The notes under the pieces: model-generated
Told to the model about the DNA's origin: nothing
Databases searched by the model: none
What the model saw: the letters and a program-made list of their open reading frames with translations, nothing else
Position numbers and translations under genes: made by a program
Shown: positions 27,571 to 36,185 of the stretch, in pieces
Layout: each line of letters starts with the position of its first letter
Position numbering within the stretch: the stretch's first letter is position 1
Assembly: GCA_964597545.1 (NCBI GenBank)
Contig: CAZQXN010000012.1
Location: 1-54,943 of the forward strand
DNA length: 54,943 bases
Direction of reading: 5' to 3'
Source of the DNA: an uncultured Planctomycetia bacterium
GTDB taxonomy: Bacteria; Omnitrophota; Gorgyraeia; 1-14-0-20-64-10

Positions 27571-27933
27571 CTACGAAGCCGCCTTGGGTTTTGCGCCGCC
27601 GCAGTCGTAGCAGACGGCATTAACGGCGGCGTTGGGGGTTTTGCAGGCAGGGCAACGCCAACCGCCTGCTTCTTGAAGATCTTTCTCCTCTTGCTGGCGC
27701 GACCGCATCAGTTTGCGCAGCCAGATCCCGCCGATGACGCCGTAGAAGACCGGGGTGAGCCACACCAGGCCCGGGATTCGGGTCATCTCAGTCGCATAAC
27801 CACACAACCAGGGAATCCCGGCCAAAACCAGCCCCACCCAGGCAACCCGGGTCCAGAGCTTGGAGAGCCCAATCGTCTCGCTGGCGATCACCGCGATCAA
27901 GAAGGCAGTCGTAGTAAAGCCTAACAGGCTCAC
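27571..27933 (-). CDS. Small membrane protein with a C-terminal RanBP2-like zinc finger
   Basis: GTG overlaps the Yip1 stop; three hydrophobic segments; W.CPAC...N.....C..CG. Confidence 0.7.
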   Translation of the reverse strand: MSLLGFTTTAFLIAVIASETIGLSKLWTRVAWVGLVLAGIPWLCGYATEMTRIPGLVWLTPVFYGVIGGIWLRKLMRSRQQEEKDLQEAGGWRCPACKTPNAAVNAVCYDCGGAKPKAAS

Positions 27934-28466
27934 CGCACCCCTGCAGGCACGCCGCCGAGCAGCGAGAGCAGCAGCAGGAAGATCATCACCTGCACCACCC
28001 AACTCAACAGGCAGACTCCAATGGCTCGGAATATGCTGGAGTAATTGAGGGCGGCCCGTGCGGCAATGACCATTGCAGCCAACATCCAGATTCCGGCAAG
28101 GGGAAAAACGATCCTGCCCACCCCGGGAATAAGCCCAAGGACACGGAAAATGCCCGGCACACTGGCAAAGCCGATGGCCCGGAGCATGGATCCCATGTCG
28201 GGGCGGTTCTTCTGTTCCGGCAGCAGGCGCGTACCGATAAAGTAGATGAGCACCGCCCACACGTACCAGCTGAGCATCGCTGCCACCGTCCCGACCAGGA
28301 TTCCGCTGGAACCGACCTGAGCAACAATGCCCAGACCAGCCGCAACGCTGGAGAGGACCACCACCCAAAGGGCTTGAGCCGTTAGGGTTGTTTCTCGTGC
28401 TGCCTCTTCGTAGACACTCGTCTCCAGTTTGGCGGCTTGGACCATTCGACTGACCATTGGAATCAT
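27930..28466 (-). CDS. Yip1-family membrane protein
   Basis: About five TM helices; YEE...T.QA..VV and LR.IGFA..P patterns; AAGGAG SD before ATG28466. Confidence 0.8.
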   Translation of the reverse strand: MIPMVSRMVQAAKLETSVYEEAARETTLTAQALWVVVLSSVAAGLGIVAQVGSSGILVGTVAAMLSWYVWAVLIYFIGTRLLPEQKNRPDMGSMLRAIGFASVPGIFRVLGLIPGVGRIVFPLAGIWMLAAMVIAARAALNYSSIFRAIGVCLLSWVVQVMIFLLLLSLLGGVPAGVR

Positions 28467-28705
28467 CTTTGTCTCCTTTTCACGATTCGAGCAAACCATT
28501 GCGTCAGCTTCGAGACAACACCGCCGGAAGTAATAATCTGATCCGGCGTGGGTACCCGGCGGATCTTAGAGAGGCGACGCAGGCAAGCACCGCAAAACTT
28601 CAGATGCCGATAGGTCCATTCGTTGAACTTCCCTTGGAGTTTTCCTTCGGCATATTCCCGCAGCCGAGCTTTAGGGGGACAGTCTTCCCAGGGTTCGCGT
28701 ACCAT
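28463..28705 (-). CDS. Small zf-HC2 (ZAS) zinc-finger protein
   Basis: C....L..Y..G.L...H.L..C..C (HLKFCGAC); ATGA coupling to Yip1; start uncertain (28705 or 28735). Confidence 0.65.
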   Translation of the reverse strand: MVREPWEDCPPKARLREYAEGKLQGKFNEWTYRHLKFCGACLRRLSKIRRVPTPDQIITSGGVVSKLTQWFARIVKRRQR

Positions 28706-28713
28706 GAGCTCTA

Positions 28714-28803
28714 TGATACCCTGGGGACGGTCCATTTTGTGATACCCTGGGGACGGTCCATTTTGGGACAGTCTAGCTAGTGTGTCCCAAAATGGACCGT
28801 CCC
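28714..28803. repeat. REP/MITE-like element: 26-bp tandem duplication plus 21-bp perfect inverted repeat
   Basis: TGATACCCTGGGGACGGTCCATTTTG x2 (28714-28765); arms 28750-28770 and 28783-28803 around a 12-nt spacer. Confidence 0.9.
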
Positions 28804-28844
28804 TTACTATCCTACGGCAGGGGTGCAGTCTTGTCGAGTTCGGC

Positions 28845-31800
28845 TTATGCAGCCTGTGTCGGCTGCGGATCAGCAGTGGGGCGCTTGCGCAAGCGATTGA
28901 ACCCACCCTTGAGGTCCTCGACAGCCACATAGACGCAGGGGATCAGGATCAGGGTAAGGGTGGTCGCTGTAGCCAGACCCCACACCATTGCCAGGGCAGC
29001 TGGCCGCACGAGGGGATCGGTCCCGCCGATTCCATAGGCAACCGGCGTCAGTCCCACAACGGTGGTCAGGGTCGTCAGGATGACCGGGCGGAAGCGTAAG
29101 AATCCAGCGGATAAGACGGATCGCTTCAGGGAGCTTCCAGCGCGCCGAGCCCGATTGATGAAGGTGACCAAGATGATCGAATCATTAAGCACAACGCCGC
29201 TTAGACCCACCACCCCCAGAAGGGTCATGAAGCTCAGAAACTCGCCGTGCAAGAAGAAGGCCCACATGACTCCGATGATTCCAAAGGGGATCGCCATCAT
29301 TACCGTCAGCGGCAGCCCCAGGGATTGGAAGGTGGTGGCCAAAATCACATAGATGACTCCCACCGCAATCACAAAGGCCTTCCTGAGGCTGGCCATCGAC
29401 TTTTCGGTCTCTTCCTGAATGCCGCCGTACCGGATGGTGTAGCCAGGATAGCGATGGGGCAAATCCGAAAACTTCTCAAAGAGCTTCTGGTGCACCTCGA
29501 GAGAGGTCGTGACGGATTCGTCCACCTCGGCTGAAACGGTAATGACCCGTCTGCGATCCAGGTGCTTGATGAAGGACAGTCCCGGTGCTTGAGCGGTGCT
29601 GACCACCCGGGTCAAGGGTACCAGGTGCCCTGCGGGGTTTTCCACGTAAAGATCCTTGAGAGAGTCCAAATCCCAGCGGCTGGCCTCCGGGAAGCGCACC
29701 AAGACGTCGATCTCCTCGTCGGTCCGCTTGATCGTGGTCGCTTCAACTCCCTCGTAGGCGGCCCGAACTGTCTGAGCAATGTCCCGAACCCTTAAACCGG
29801 CCCGCTGGGCTTCCTTGGCATCCACCGAGATTCTGTACTCCGGTTTTCCGGGCTCGTAGTCGTCACGCACATCCTGAACGCCGGAAATCTGCCCGAGGAA
29901 GGCCTGGCATTCGCCTGCAATCTCCTGCAGGGTTTCTAAATCTTCACCACGGATGCGCACTTCGATCGGCTTGCCCACAGGTGGGCCAGGACGCAGCAGC
30001 TCATAGGAGACCTCTAACCCCTCTATTGTCCCCACCTGTTTACGAATACGCTCCGCGATTTCATCGGCGGAAAATCTCCTGCTTCTAGAAGAGGGCAGAT
30101 ACGCCTGGATCTGTGCTAAGTTCGTGCCCCGCCGGGTAAAGGGGTCTGCGATCCGCTCCCGATGCATCCCCAGCTGGGTCACAAAGTGGCTTAAGTCTTC
30201 TTTCGGGACGCCCAAGAGAGCCTCCTCAAAGGGACGAATCTTTTCGCTCAGCTCCTCCAGCGAGGTACCGGCAGGGGCCTCGGCACGCACAAAGAAGGTC
30301 TGGGCGCCGACAGGCGGAAAGAGGGAAAAGCGCATCACCTTGGCGGCAAAGAAAACCGTCACAACCATCGCAACACAGAAAACCGCCAACACCCACCAGC
30401 GCATCCTAAAGGCCAGCTTGAGGAGCCGCATGTAGGAGTGCCGGAGATTCTTGAACCAACGCTGACGGGAACCAAAGATCTTGCCGGCCTTTGCCCACCG
30501 GTGGGCGCCTGAGAAATCGGCAATGTGAGAGGGGAGGATCAGCAACGACTCCACCCAGGAAGCCAAGAGTGCAATGATCACCGTCAGGGGGATCACCATG
30601 ACAAATCTGCCGATTAAGCCGGTCATGAACATCAGCGGTGCGAAGGCGGCAATCGTGGTCAAGATCGTCGCACTCACCGGAGCGATCACCTCGGAGGAGC
30701 CCCGAATGGCTGCCTCCCGGGGGGGTATCCCCTGCTCCAAGTAGCGGAAGCTGTTCTCAGCCACCACAATCCCATCGTCCACCAGCATCCCCAACACAAT
30801 GATGAAACCAAACAGTGAGAGCAGGTTAATCGTCTGCCCCATGGTGGGCAGCAGGAGCAGCGCCACAAAAAAAGCCAGGGGGATACCAAATGCGGTCAAG
30901 AAGGCCATGCGGGGGCTCAAGAAGAGGATGAGTACGATTGTCAGGAAAACAATCCCCACAGAAAGGTTGTTGAGCAGAATCCCCAGCCGCCGGCGGACAT
31001 ACGTCAGTGTCAGATCCTCCAGCGCCAATACCTCTACCCCGTTGGTTAAGCGCGTGCCAAACGCTTCGGTGAAATCCTGCACCCGCTTGGCCAGGCGAAG
31101 GGTGTCGGCCTTCTCCTTCTTGACAACGACGAGGTTCACCGCCCGTTTGCCGTTCATCTTGGTCCACTGCTCACTCTCCTCAAGGGCATACCGGATCTCG
31201 GCCACATCCCCGACGGTCAACCAATTGCCGGCATCATTGCCCCGAATGATGACGGCTTTGACCTCCTCTGGGGTTTCAAACTCTCCGATCGTCCGGATCA
31301 CATGCTGTTCTCTGCCCACATAGAGCTTTCCGCCCGGAAGATTCAGATTCCGGGCGGCCAGTGCCCGGGTGACTTCATCCAGAGAGAGATGGTAGGCAGC
31401 CAGCTTCTTGGGATCCACCTCCACCCAGACCTGCGTATCCCGCCACCCCTCCTTGCGGACCGAGGAGACCCCCGAAAGATCCTTTAAGAGCTCCTCCAGC
31501 CGCTTGGCGGTCCGCTGAACCTCCCAGATGTCCTCCCCCATGAGCGAAACAATCATGATCGGATGATCTCGGGTCTCGATCTCCTCCACCAGAGGTTCCT
31601 CGGCCTCTTCGGGCAGATCCTGTGTGCGGTCGGCAGCCCTTTGGATGTCGTTGACGATCTTGCGCTTGTCCGGCGCGTCGGAATCCAGCTGGATGGTGAT
31701 CATCGACATCCCTTCGATGGAGGCTGAATGCATCTCATCGATGCCATCAACCTCATTGAGCTCATCCTCAATCGGGATCGTGATCAGCTTCTCCACCTCT

Positions 31801-31985
31801 TGGGGGGTGGAGCCGGGGTAAAAGGTCTGCACCGTCACCATGTCGTAGGCGACATTGGGAAAGGCCTCCCGCTGCACCCCGACAATCGCCAGGACCCCGG
31901 CAACAACAATGAGAACCGAGAGGAGGTTGACCAGCAGGGAGTTCTTGACTGAGAAGCGCGGCAAGGGGTTTACGGGGATGGTCAT
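28845..31985 (-). CDS. RND efflux transporter permease (AcrB/CzcA superfamily)
   Basis: 1046 aa; E.FP start; GMLVDDGIVVAEN; RFRPVILTTLTT; two-repeat TM architecture. Confidence 0.95.
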   Translation of the reverse strand: MTIPVNPLPRFSVKNSLLVNLLSVLIVVAGVLAIVGVQREAFPNVAYDMVTVQTFYPGSTPQEVEKLITIPIEDELNEVDGIDEMHSASIEGMSMITIQLDSDAPDKRKIVNDIQRAADRTQDLPEEAEEPLVEEIETRDHPIMIVSLMGEDIWEVQRTAKRLEELLKDLSGVSSVRKEGWRDTQVWVEVDPKKLAAYHLSLDEVTRALAARNLNLPGGKLYVGREQHVIRTIGEFETPEEVKAVIIRGNDAGNWLTVGDVAEIRYALEESEQWTKMNGKRAVNLVVVKKEKADTLRLAKRVQDFTEAFGTRLTNGVEVLALEDLTLTYVRRRLGILLNNLSVGIVFLTIVLILFLSPRMAFLTAFGIPLAFFVALLLLPTMGQTINLLSLFGFIIVLGMLVDDGIVVAENSFRYLEQGIPPREAAIRGSSEVIAPVSATILTTIAAFAPLMFMTGLIGRFVMVIPLTVIIALLASWVESLLILPSHIADFSGAHRWAKAGKIFGSRQRWFKNLRHSYMRLLKLAFRMRWWVLAVFCVAMVVTVFFAAKVMRFSLFPPVGAQTFFVRAEAPAGTSLEELSEKIRPFEEALLGVPKEDLSHFVTQLGMHRERIADPFTRRGTNLAQIQAYLPSSRSRRFSADEIAERIRKQVGTIEGLEVSYELLRPGPPVGKPIEVRIRGEDLETLQEIAGECQAFLGQISGVQDVRDDYEPGKPEYRISVDAKEAQRAGLRVRDIAQTVRAAYEGVEATTIKRTDEEIDVLVRFPEASRWDLDSLKDLYVENPAGHLVPLTRVVSTAQAPGLSFIKHLDRRRVITVSAEVDESVTTSLEVHQKLFEKFSDLPHRYPGYTIRYGGIQEETEKSMASLRKAFVIAVGVIYVILATTFQSLGLPLTVMMAIPFGIIGVMWAFFLHGEFLSFMTLLGVVGLSGVVLNDSIILVTFINRARRAGSSLKRSVLSAGFLRFRPVILTTLTTVVGLTPVAYGIGGTDPLVRPAALAMVWGLATATTLTLILIPCVYVAVEDLKGGFNRLRKRPTADPQPTQAA

Positions 31986-33448
31986 GATTCCAGTCCGCAG
32001 GTTGTTAAAAGGGTGTTCTCGGTGCGCTCAAGCGCCACCCCAGCCTGATGGTGGCGGACCAAGGCCTCGGCCTTGCTGCGCTGGGCAGCAAGCAGGTCTT
32101 CTTGAAAGTCAATCAAGGTCTGGACATTGGAGCGCCCCAACTCAAAACGCCTTTCCTGGAGAATGAGGCGCCTCTGGTAGAGTTCCTCGATCGCCTCTCT
32201 GGATTCCACCGACGTCTCCCAGCGCAACAGCTCGCGCACCGCCTCATCCACATCCCGCAGGATCTTGCGCTCCAAGAAGGCCAGCTCCACCAAGGCCTGG
32301 GCCTTCTGAAGCTGAGCCTCTTCGTGATCGGCGGAGGCTGCCCTGTTTCCAAAGGTCCAGCTGGCCTTCAGTCCCATAAAATAAGTCGGGTCCTCAGCCT
32401 TGAGGGCCTGGTTAAGGCTGGGACCATACTTCTGGTCCAAACCGTTGGCCCGGAATGAGGCCACCAGATCCACGCTGGGCAATAGATCGTTTTGTGTCAT
32501 TCGGACCTTGACCCGCCTGCGCTTGACCTCGCGCCGGGCAGCCTTGAGATCGCGGCGGTACTCCCAAGCCCGCCTCAAGCTTTCCTGAAACTGAGCCGGA
32601 TGCTGACCGAAGGCGAGAGACTCAGTCGGTTCAATCTCCAGATTGCTCTGATCCGAGAGCAAGAGCTTGAAGTTCTGCAGGGCCGAGGCAGTCTGGTTTT
32701 GAGCAACCACCAGCTCCTCTTGGCGCAGATGGACATTGGCTGAAGAATGGAGAAGCTCCGGCTCTTCGATCAACCCTAAGCCGAACTTATCTTGATTGGC
32801 CTGATCCAGAGCTTGGGCCCGCTTGAGAGCCTCCTCCTGAATGCGCATCTGCTCGCGGGCGAGGACCAACTCCCAGTAGGCAGTGGTCACTTCGGCCACT
32901 GAAGCTTCAATCCGGTCCACGGCAGACAGGTCTTTCTTCTCCACTTCCAACCGCGCAATCTCTACCTTGGCTCGGTCAATGATGCCGCCGGCATTCTTAG
33001 CCATCGCCTGGGTGATCCCTGCCCCCAAGCTGGTGGTAAAGGAGGGGTTGAGAGAGGCAAAGGCAGAGTTGCTGGAAGCCCGCTCATTGGAGAAGGTTGT
33101 GGTAAGTGTGGTACCGGTCTGAAACTTCTTCTCCATCTCCAGATCCATCACCGTTTCGGTTGAGCGGGTCCCTGCGATGCTGCTGGCAGCCTTGGCCTCA
33201 TCCAGCTCATAGTGTAGATCGGCAGTCAGGACCGGATCAAAGGGGGCCAGTGCCGCTTTGTTGCGGGTCTGAGCAATCAGGCGGTCCAACTCTGCCAAGC
33301 GGATGTCAAAGCTGTTGGCAACCGCTAGAGCCACACTTTCTTGTAGGGAAAGCTTGAGCGCACCGTCCCCGGATGCCTCCTGCGCCCACGCGCCGGGCGG
33401 CAGGGCAATCCCAAGGACCAGAAGAAGGCAGAGAAGGCGTTGTGTCAC
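31982..33448 (-). CDS. TolC-family outer-membrane efflux protein
   Basis: Signal peptide; LSLQE....A..N; V..AYW.L; LLP..DL duplicated OEP pattern. Confidence 0.9.
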   Translation of the reverse strand: MTQRLLCLLLVLGIALPPGAWAQEASGDGALKLSLQESVALAVANSFDIRLAELDRLIAQTRNKAALAPFDPVLTADLHYELDEAKAASSIAGTRSTETVMDLEMEKKFQTGTTLTTTFSNERASSNSAFASLNPSFTTSLGAGITQAMAKNAGGIIDRAKVEIARLEVEKKDLSAVDRIEASVAEVTTAYWELVLAREQMRIQEEALKRAQALDQANQDKFGLGLIEEPELLHSSANVHLRQEELVVAQNQTASALQNFKLLLSDQSNLEIEPTESLAFGQHPAQFQESLRRAWEYRRDLKAARREVKRRRVKVRMTQNDLLPSVDLVASFRANGLDQKYGPSLNQALKAEDPTYFMGLKASWTFGNRAASADHEEAQLQKAQALVELAFLERKILRDVDEAVRELLRWETSVESREAIEELYQRRLILQERRFELGRSNVQTLIDFQEDLLAAQRSKAEALVRHHQAGVALERTENTLLTTCGLES

Positions 33449-33903
33449 CGGCTGCCCTCGATGGCCCGTGTCAGCGCCTCACGCATGGCGCGCATGAACC
33501 GTTGGACCGTTTGGCGCTCGGTTTTTGGGAATTGAAGGAGAACGCCGGTAAAAAGCTTGAGGGCCCTGCCTTGAGTCTGGGCGGCAACCTTAATGCCGGC
33601 CGCGGTCATCTCAATCAAGGTGACCCGCCGATCGGTGGGATGCGGCATGCGCCGGATGAGGCGCTTGGCCTCCAGTTGATCCACCAGGTGAGTCACCGCC
33701 GGCATGCTGACCACCAAGGCCTTGGCCAGCTCCCGCATCTTGAGTTTTCCCGCGCGTACCAACGCCACTAAGACAGAGAACTGGCGCAGGGTTACTCCCT
33801 GCTTGGCAAGGTTCGTCCCAAGAAAAACAGACATGCGCAGTTGTATCCCCCGGATCATCTCCTGGAGCTGGGTAACCTCGCTGCTTGTTTTTTTCTGTGT
33901 CAT
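33445..33903 (-). CDS. MarR-family transcriptional regulator
   Basis: T..QF.VL; ELA; VT..VD.LE...LI.R..HP.DRR...I.MT..G; start re-placed at ATG33903. Confidence 0.93.
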   Translation of the reverse strand: MTQKKTSSEVTQLQEMIRGIQLRMSVFLGTNLAKQGVTLRQFSVLVALVRAGKLKMRELAKALVVSMPAVTHLVDQLEAKRLIRRMPHPTDRRVTLIEMTAAGIKVAAQTQGRALKLFTGVLLQFPKTERQTVQRFMRAMREALTRAIEGSR

Positions 33904-33955
33904 GGCATCTCCCTGGCGGTCTGCCGCCGGCACCCTCATTTAGTTCAATAGTATA

Positions 33956-33976
33956 ATAGTTAACCTATTTAACTAT
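33956..33976. promoter_or_regulatory. Probable MarR operator
   Basis: Perfect palindrome ATAGTTAA-N5-TTAACTAT just downstream of the promoter. Confidence 0.7.
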
Positions 33977-33985
33977 CCACCACCA

Positions 33986-34014
33986 AATTTACCCGACATT
34001 TGCGTCTTTGTCAA
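33986..34014 (-). promoter_or_regulatory. Sigma70 promoter of marR-tolC-RND
   Basis: TTGACA (34014-34009), 17 nt, TAAATT (33991-33986). Confidence 0.7.
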
Positions 34015-34076
34015 GGGCGGTTGCTGGGGAGGCTGTCTAGGGGAAGTTGCTGCCTGCCGGGGGCGGCTTTGAGCGC

Positions 34077-34397
34077 TTACCCCTTGGTGGTGCGAGAACC
34101 TACATCTGCGCCGCACTGAGCGCAGAAGTAGCCGTACAGGTCTCCGTCAGGCAGGGTCAAGAGCAGCTTCTCCCGTGTCGGCATGGAGCGCCGGCAGTGG
34201 GGGCAGTAGAGAGAGGTGGCATTGAGGCTCTCAAACTGGGCCGGCCCCCCCTTCCCTGTGTTGGCGGAGGGTGCCTCTGTATCGGGGATCCCTGCCGCTT
34301 CAAGTGCTTTCTTGCGGCAGGCCTCAGAGCAGATCGGGGCATGGGGGTGTTTCCCGGTGGGGGATAATCTTTTTTGGCAAATCGGACAGGTCAGCAT
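34077..34397 (-). CDS. Small protein with two zinc-binding modules
   Basis: CPIC...CSEAC and CPHC...CAQC. Confidence 0.7.
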   Translation of the reverse strand: MLTCPICQKRLSPTGKHPHAPICSEACRKKALEAAGIPDTEAPSANTGKGGPAQFESLNATSLYCPHCRRSMPTREKLLLTLPDGDLYGYFCAQCGADVGSRTTKG

Positions 34398-34418
34398 CGG
34401 TAGGGGTGCGGCACCAGA

Positions 34419-35900
34419 CTAGAAGCGGTATCTCAAACCCAGGGAAGCGGCGAGAGACTCCCAGTTGGCCTCGTTGAAGCGAACGTCCGCGGCTCGCGCT
34501 GCCACTCCAAAGGTTCGGGCAATACCGGTTTCAGTCCACCACAACTGATAATTAGCGCTGAAGTGGAGCAGGAGGTCCTCAAGGATGGAGTAGGAAATAC
34601 CCCCGCCGCCTACAATCCCTTCTGCATTGGTGGTATCTCGAAAGCTCTTGGGGCGGGACAAATCTGTCCGCAAGTTCCAGTTCCCGATCCCCTGGTAATT
34701 GGCGAGATGGTATTCAAACAACCCAAAGCAGCGCCACTTCTCACCTGCCTTAAACTCAAAGCTCACGCCGGCCCAAGGCCCGATCCACCGGGCCAGGTAC
34801 TCTGAGTTTAGGTTGTCAAAGTAACCGGTGCGCGGGATGGTCTGAAAACCGTTGGTCATGGTGACGCGCTGCTCATGGAAGGAGTAGCCCAGCATGGGGA
34901 TAATGCTGAACTCATGGTCACCGGATTTAGGTTTAAAGGGGTAGCCCAATCCCAGCGAGATATCGACCAGGTGACCGTCATCCGAGGCGTTGTCTGACCG
35001 GGAGTACTCAGATGTCCGGTTGTCCCCCGAATAGTCGGAGTCCCGGTTATCCCCGTTAATGATCCAGGCATAATCCATGGAGCCGCGCACCGCGAGAATG
35101 GAGTCGACCACCAGCCAGAGATCCCCTTCGACCTGATAGCCCTGCAGATCCTCCCAGGTCAGCTCCGAAAGAACATTGGGGCTGGATCCGTCGATGTTGC
35201 CTGCAATGTTCCAATTAAAATCATCCTCCCGGTAGCCCCCCAGCAGCGAGACATCCCAGTGCACCCTGGACCACCAGCTGGTATCCGTAATCTCGCTCTC
35301 TTTCCAATCGGAATAGCCTGAGGTTGGCGGCAGGATCGGCCCTTCCTTGCCCCAGCGGTTCCATTCCAGCGGCTCGGTCCCTTGGGCAAGCGGGGATTCT
35401 GATCCAAAGGTATATGCAGAGGTTGTGTCGAGATGATCCCCGGCAGTCGGCGGAAGCAGTGCCGGTGTCGGCAAATTGACGGTGGCGCGCCCCTTCAGGC
35501 GGGTAAGCGCTTCTAAGTTCTTGTACCGAACAACCAGGTGGGGATGATCTTCCGCAAGAATGGCTTTATCGATGGCCAGGGCGCGCTCAAAGAGCGCCTC
35601 GGCCTCACCGTAGCGCTCAAGTGACATATAAAAGGCGGCCAGGTTGTTTGCTGCGGTTGCAATGTGGGGATCGTCCGGATGAAAAGATCTTTCTGCCATC
35701 CGAAGCGCCTCTTGCGCCAATGGAAGGGCTTCAGTGTGGCATCCCTGCTGATAAAAGGAGACCAGCTGGGCATTGAGCTCAAGCCATGCCAGCTCGTCGG
35801 CATCAGACCGGCTGGGTGCCGAGATGATCCAGGCCGTCGCCAGGGCGGCGGCAAAAAAGCGTTGGGCAGTGGTGTGAATCATCTTGAATGTTGCTTCCAT
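34419..35900 (-). CDS. TPR-repeat protein fused to an omptin-like outer-membrane beta-barrel
   Basis: Signal peptide; TPR (NNLA..Y....Y.EAE.L..RAL.I); SELTW and DSD motifs; amphipathic strands ending LGLRYRF; start uncertain. Confidence 0.7.
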   Translation of the reverse strand: MEATFKMIHTTAQRFFAAALATAWIISAPSRSDADELAWLELNAQLVSFYQQGCHTEALPLAQEALRMAERSFHPDDPHIATAANNLAAFYMSLERYGEAEALFERALAIDKAILAEDHPHLVVRYKNLEALTRLKGRATVNLPTPALLPPTAGDHLDTTSAYTFGSESPLAQGTEPLEWNRWGKEGPILPPTSGYSDWKESEITDTSWWSRVHWDVSLLGGYREDDFNWNIAGNIDGSSPNVLSELTWEDLQGYQVEGDLWLVVDSILAVRGSMDYAWIINGDNRDSDYSGDNRTSEYSRSDNASDDGHLVDISLGLGYPFKPKSGDHEFSIIPMLGYSFHEQRVTMTNGFQTIPRTGYFDNLNSEYLARWIGPWAGVSFEFKAGEKWRCFGLFEYHLANYQGIGNWNLRTDLSRPKSFRDTTNAEGIVGGGGISYSILEDLLLHFSANYQLWWTETGIARTFGVAARAADVRFNEANWESLAASLGLRYRF

Positions 35901-35950
35901 GGAGCAGTGTACAACAGCGAACGGGGTAAATCCAGAGAGCTTACAAGAGG

Positions 35951-35976
35951 GACGCCCCGCCAATCGGCGGGGCGTC
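35951..35976 (-). terminator. GC-rich hairpin terminating the micropeptide gene
   Basis: GACGCCCCGCC-AATC-GGCGGGGCGTC 11-bp stem about 25 nt after the stop; weak U-tract. Confidence 0.65.
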
Positions 35977-35999
35977 GTAGTTTCAGAAAGGATGGACTC

Positions 36000-36062
36000 T
36001 TATCGGCGCTTCTTCTTCTTGACGACCTTCTTCTTCTTTGCTGCTTTCTTTTTCTTTGCCAC
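36000..36062 (-). CDS. 20-aa Lys-rich micropeptide MAKKKKAAKKKKVVKKKKRR (not in the ORF track)
   Basis: AAAGGAGGG SD 8 nt before GTG; own promoter and downstream hairpin. Confidence 0.8.
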   Translation of the reverse strand: MAKKKKAAKKKKVVKKKKRR

Positions 36063-36119
36063 GATTGTTTCCCTCCTTTCCATCAAAGGAACAGGTATGA
36101 ACTGCTCACTGTTACAATC

Positions 36120-36148
36120 AGAATACATGATTGCGTATTAATGTGCAA
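36120..36148 (-). promoter_or_regulatory. Sigma70 promoter of the micropeptide gene
   Basis: TTGCAC-17-TATTCT with an A-rich UP-like tract upstream (36160-36180). Confidence 0.65.
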
Positions 36149-36185
36149 GCACTGATTGAATTTTATTTTTTATTTTTTTTCGGAA

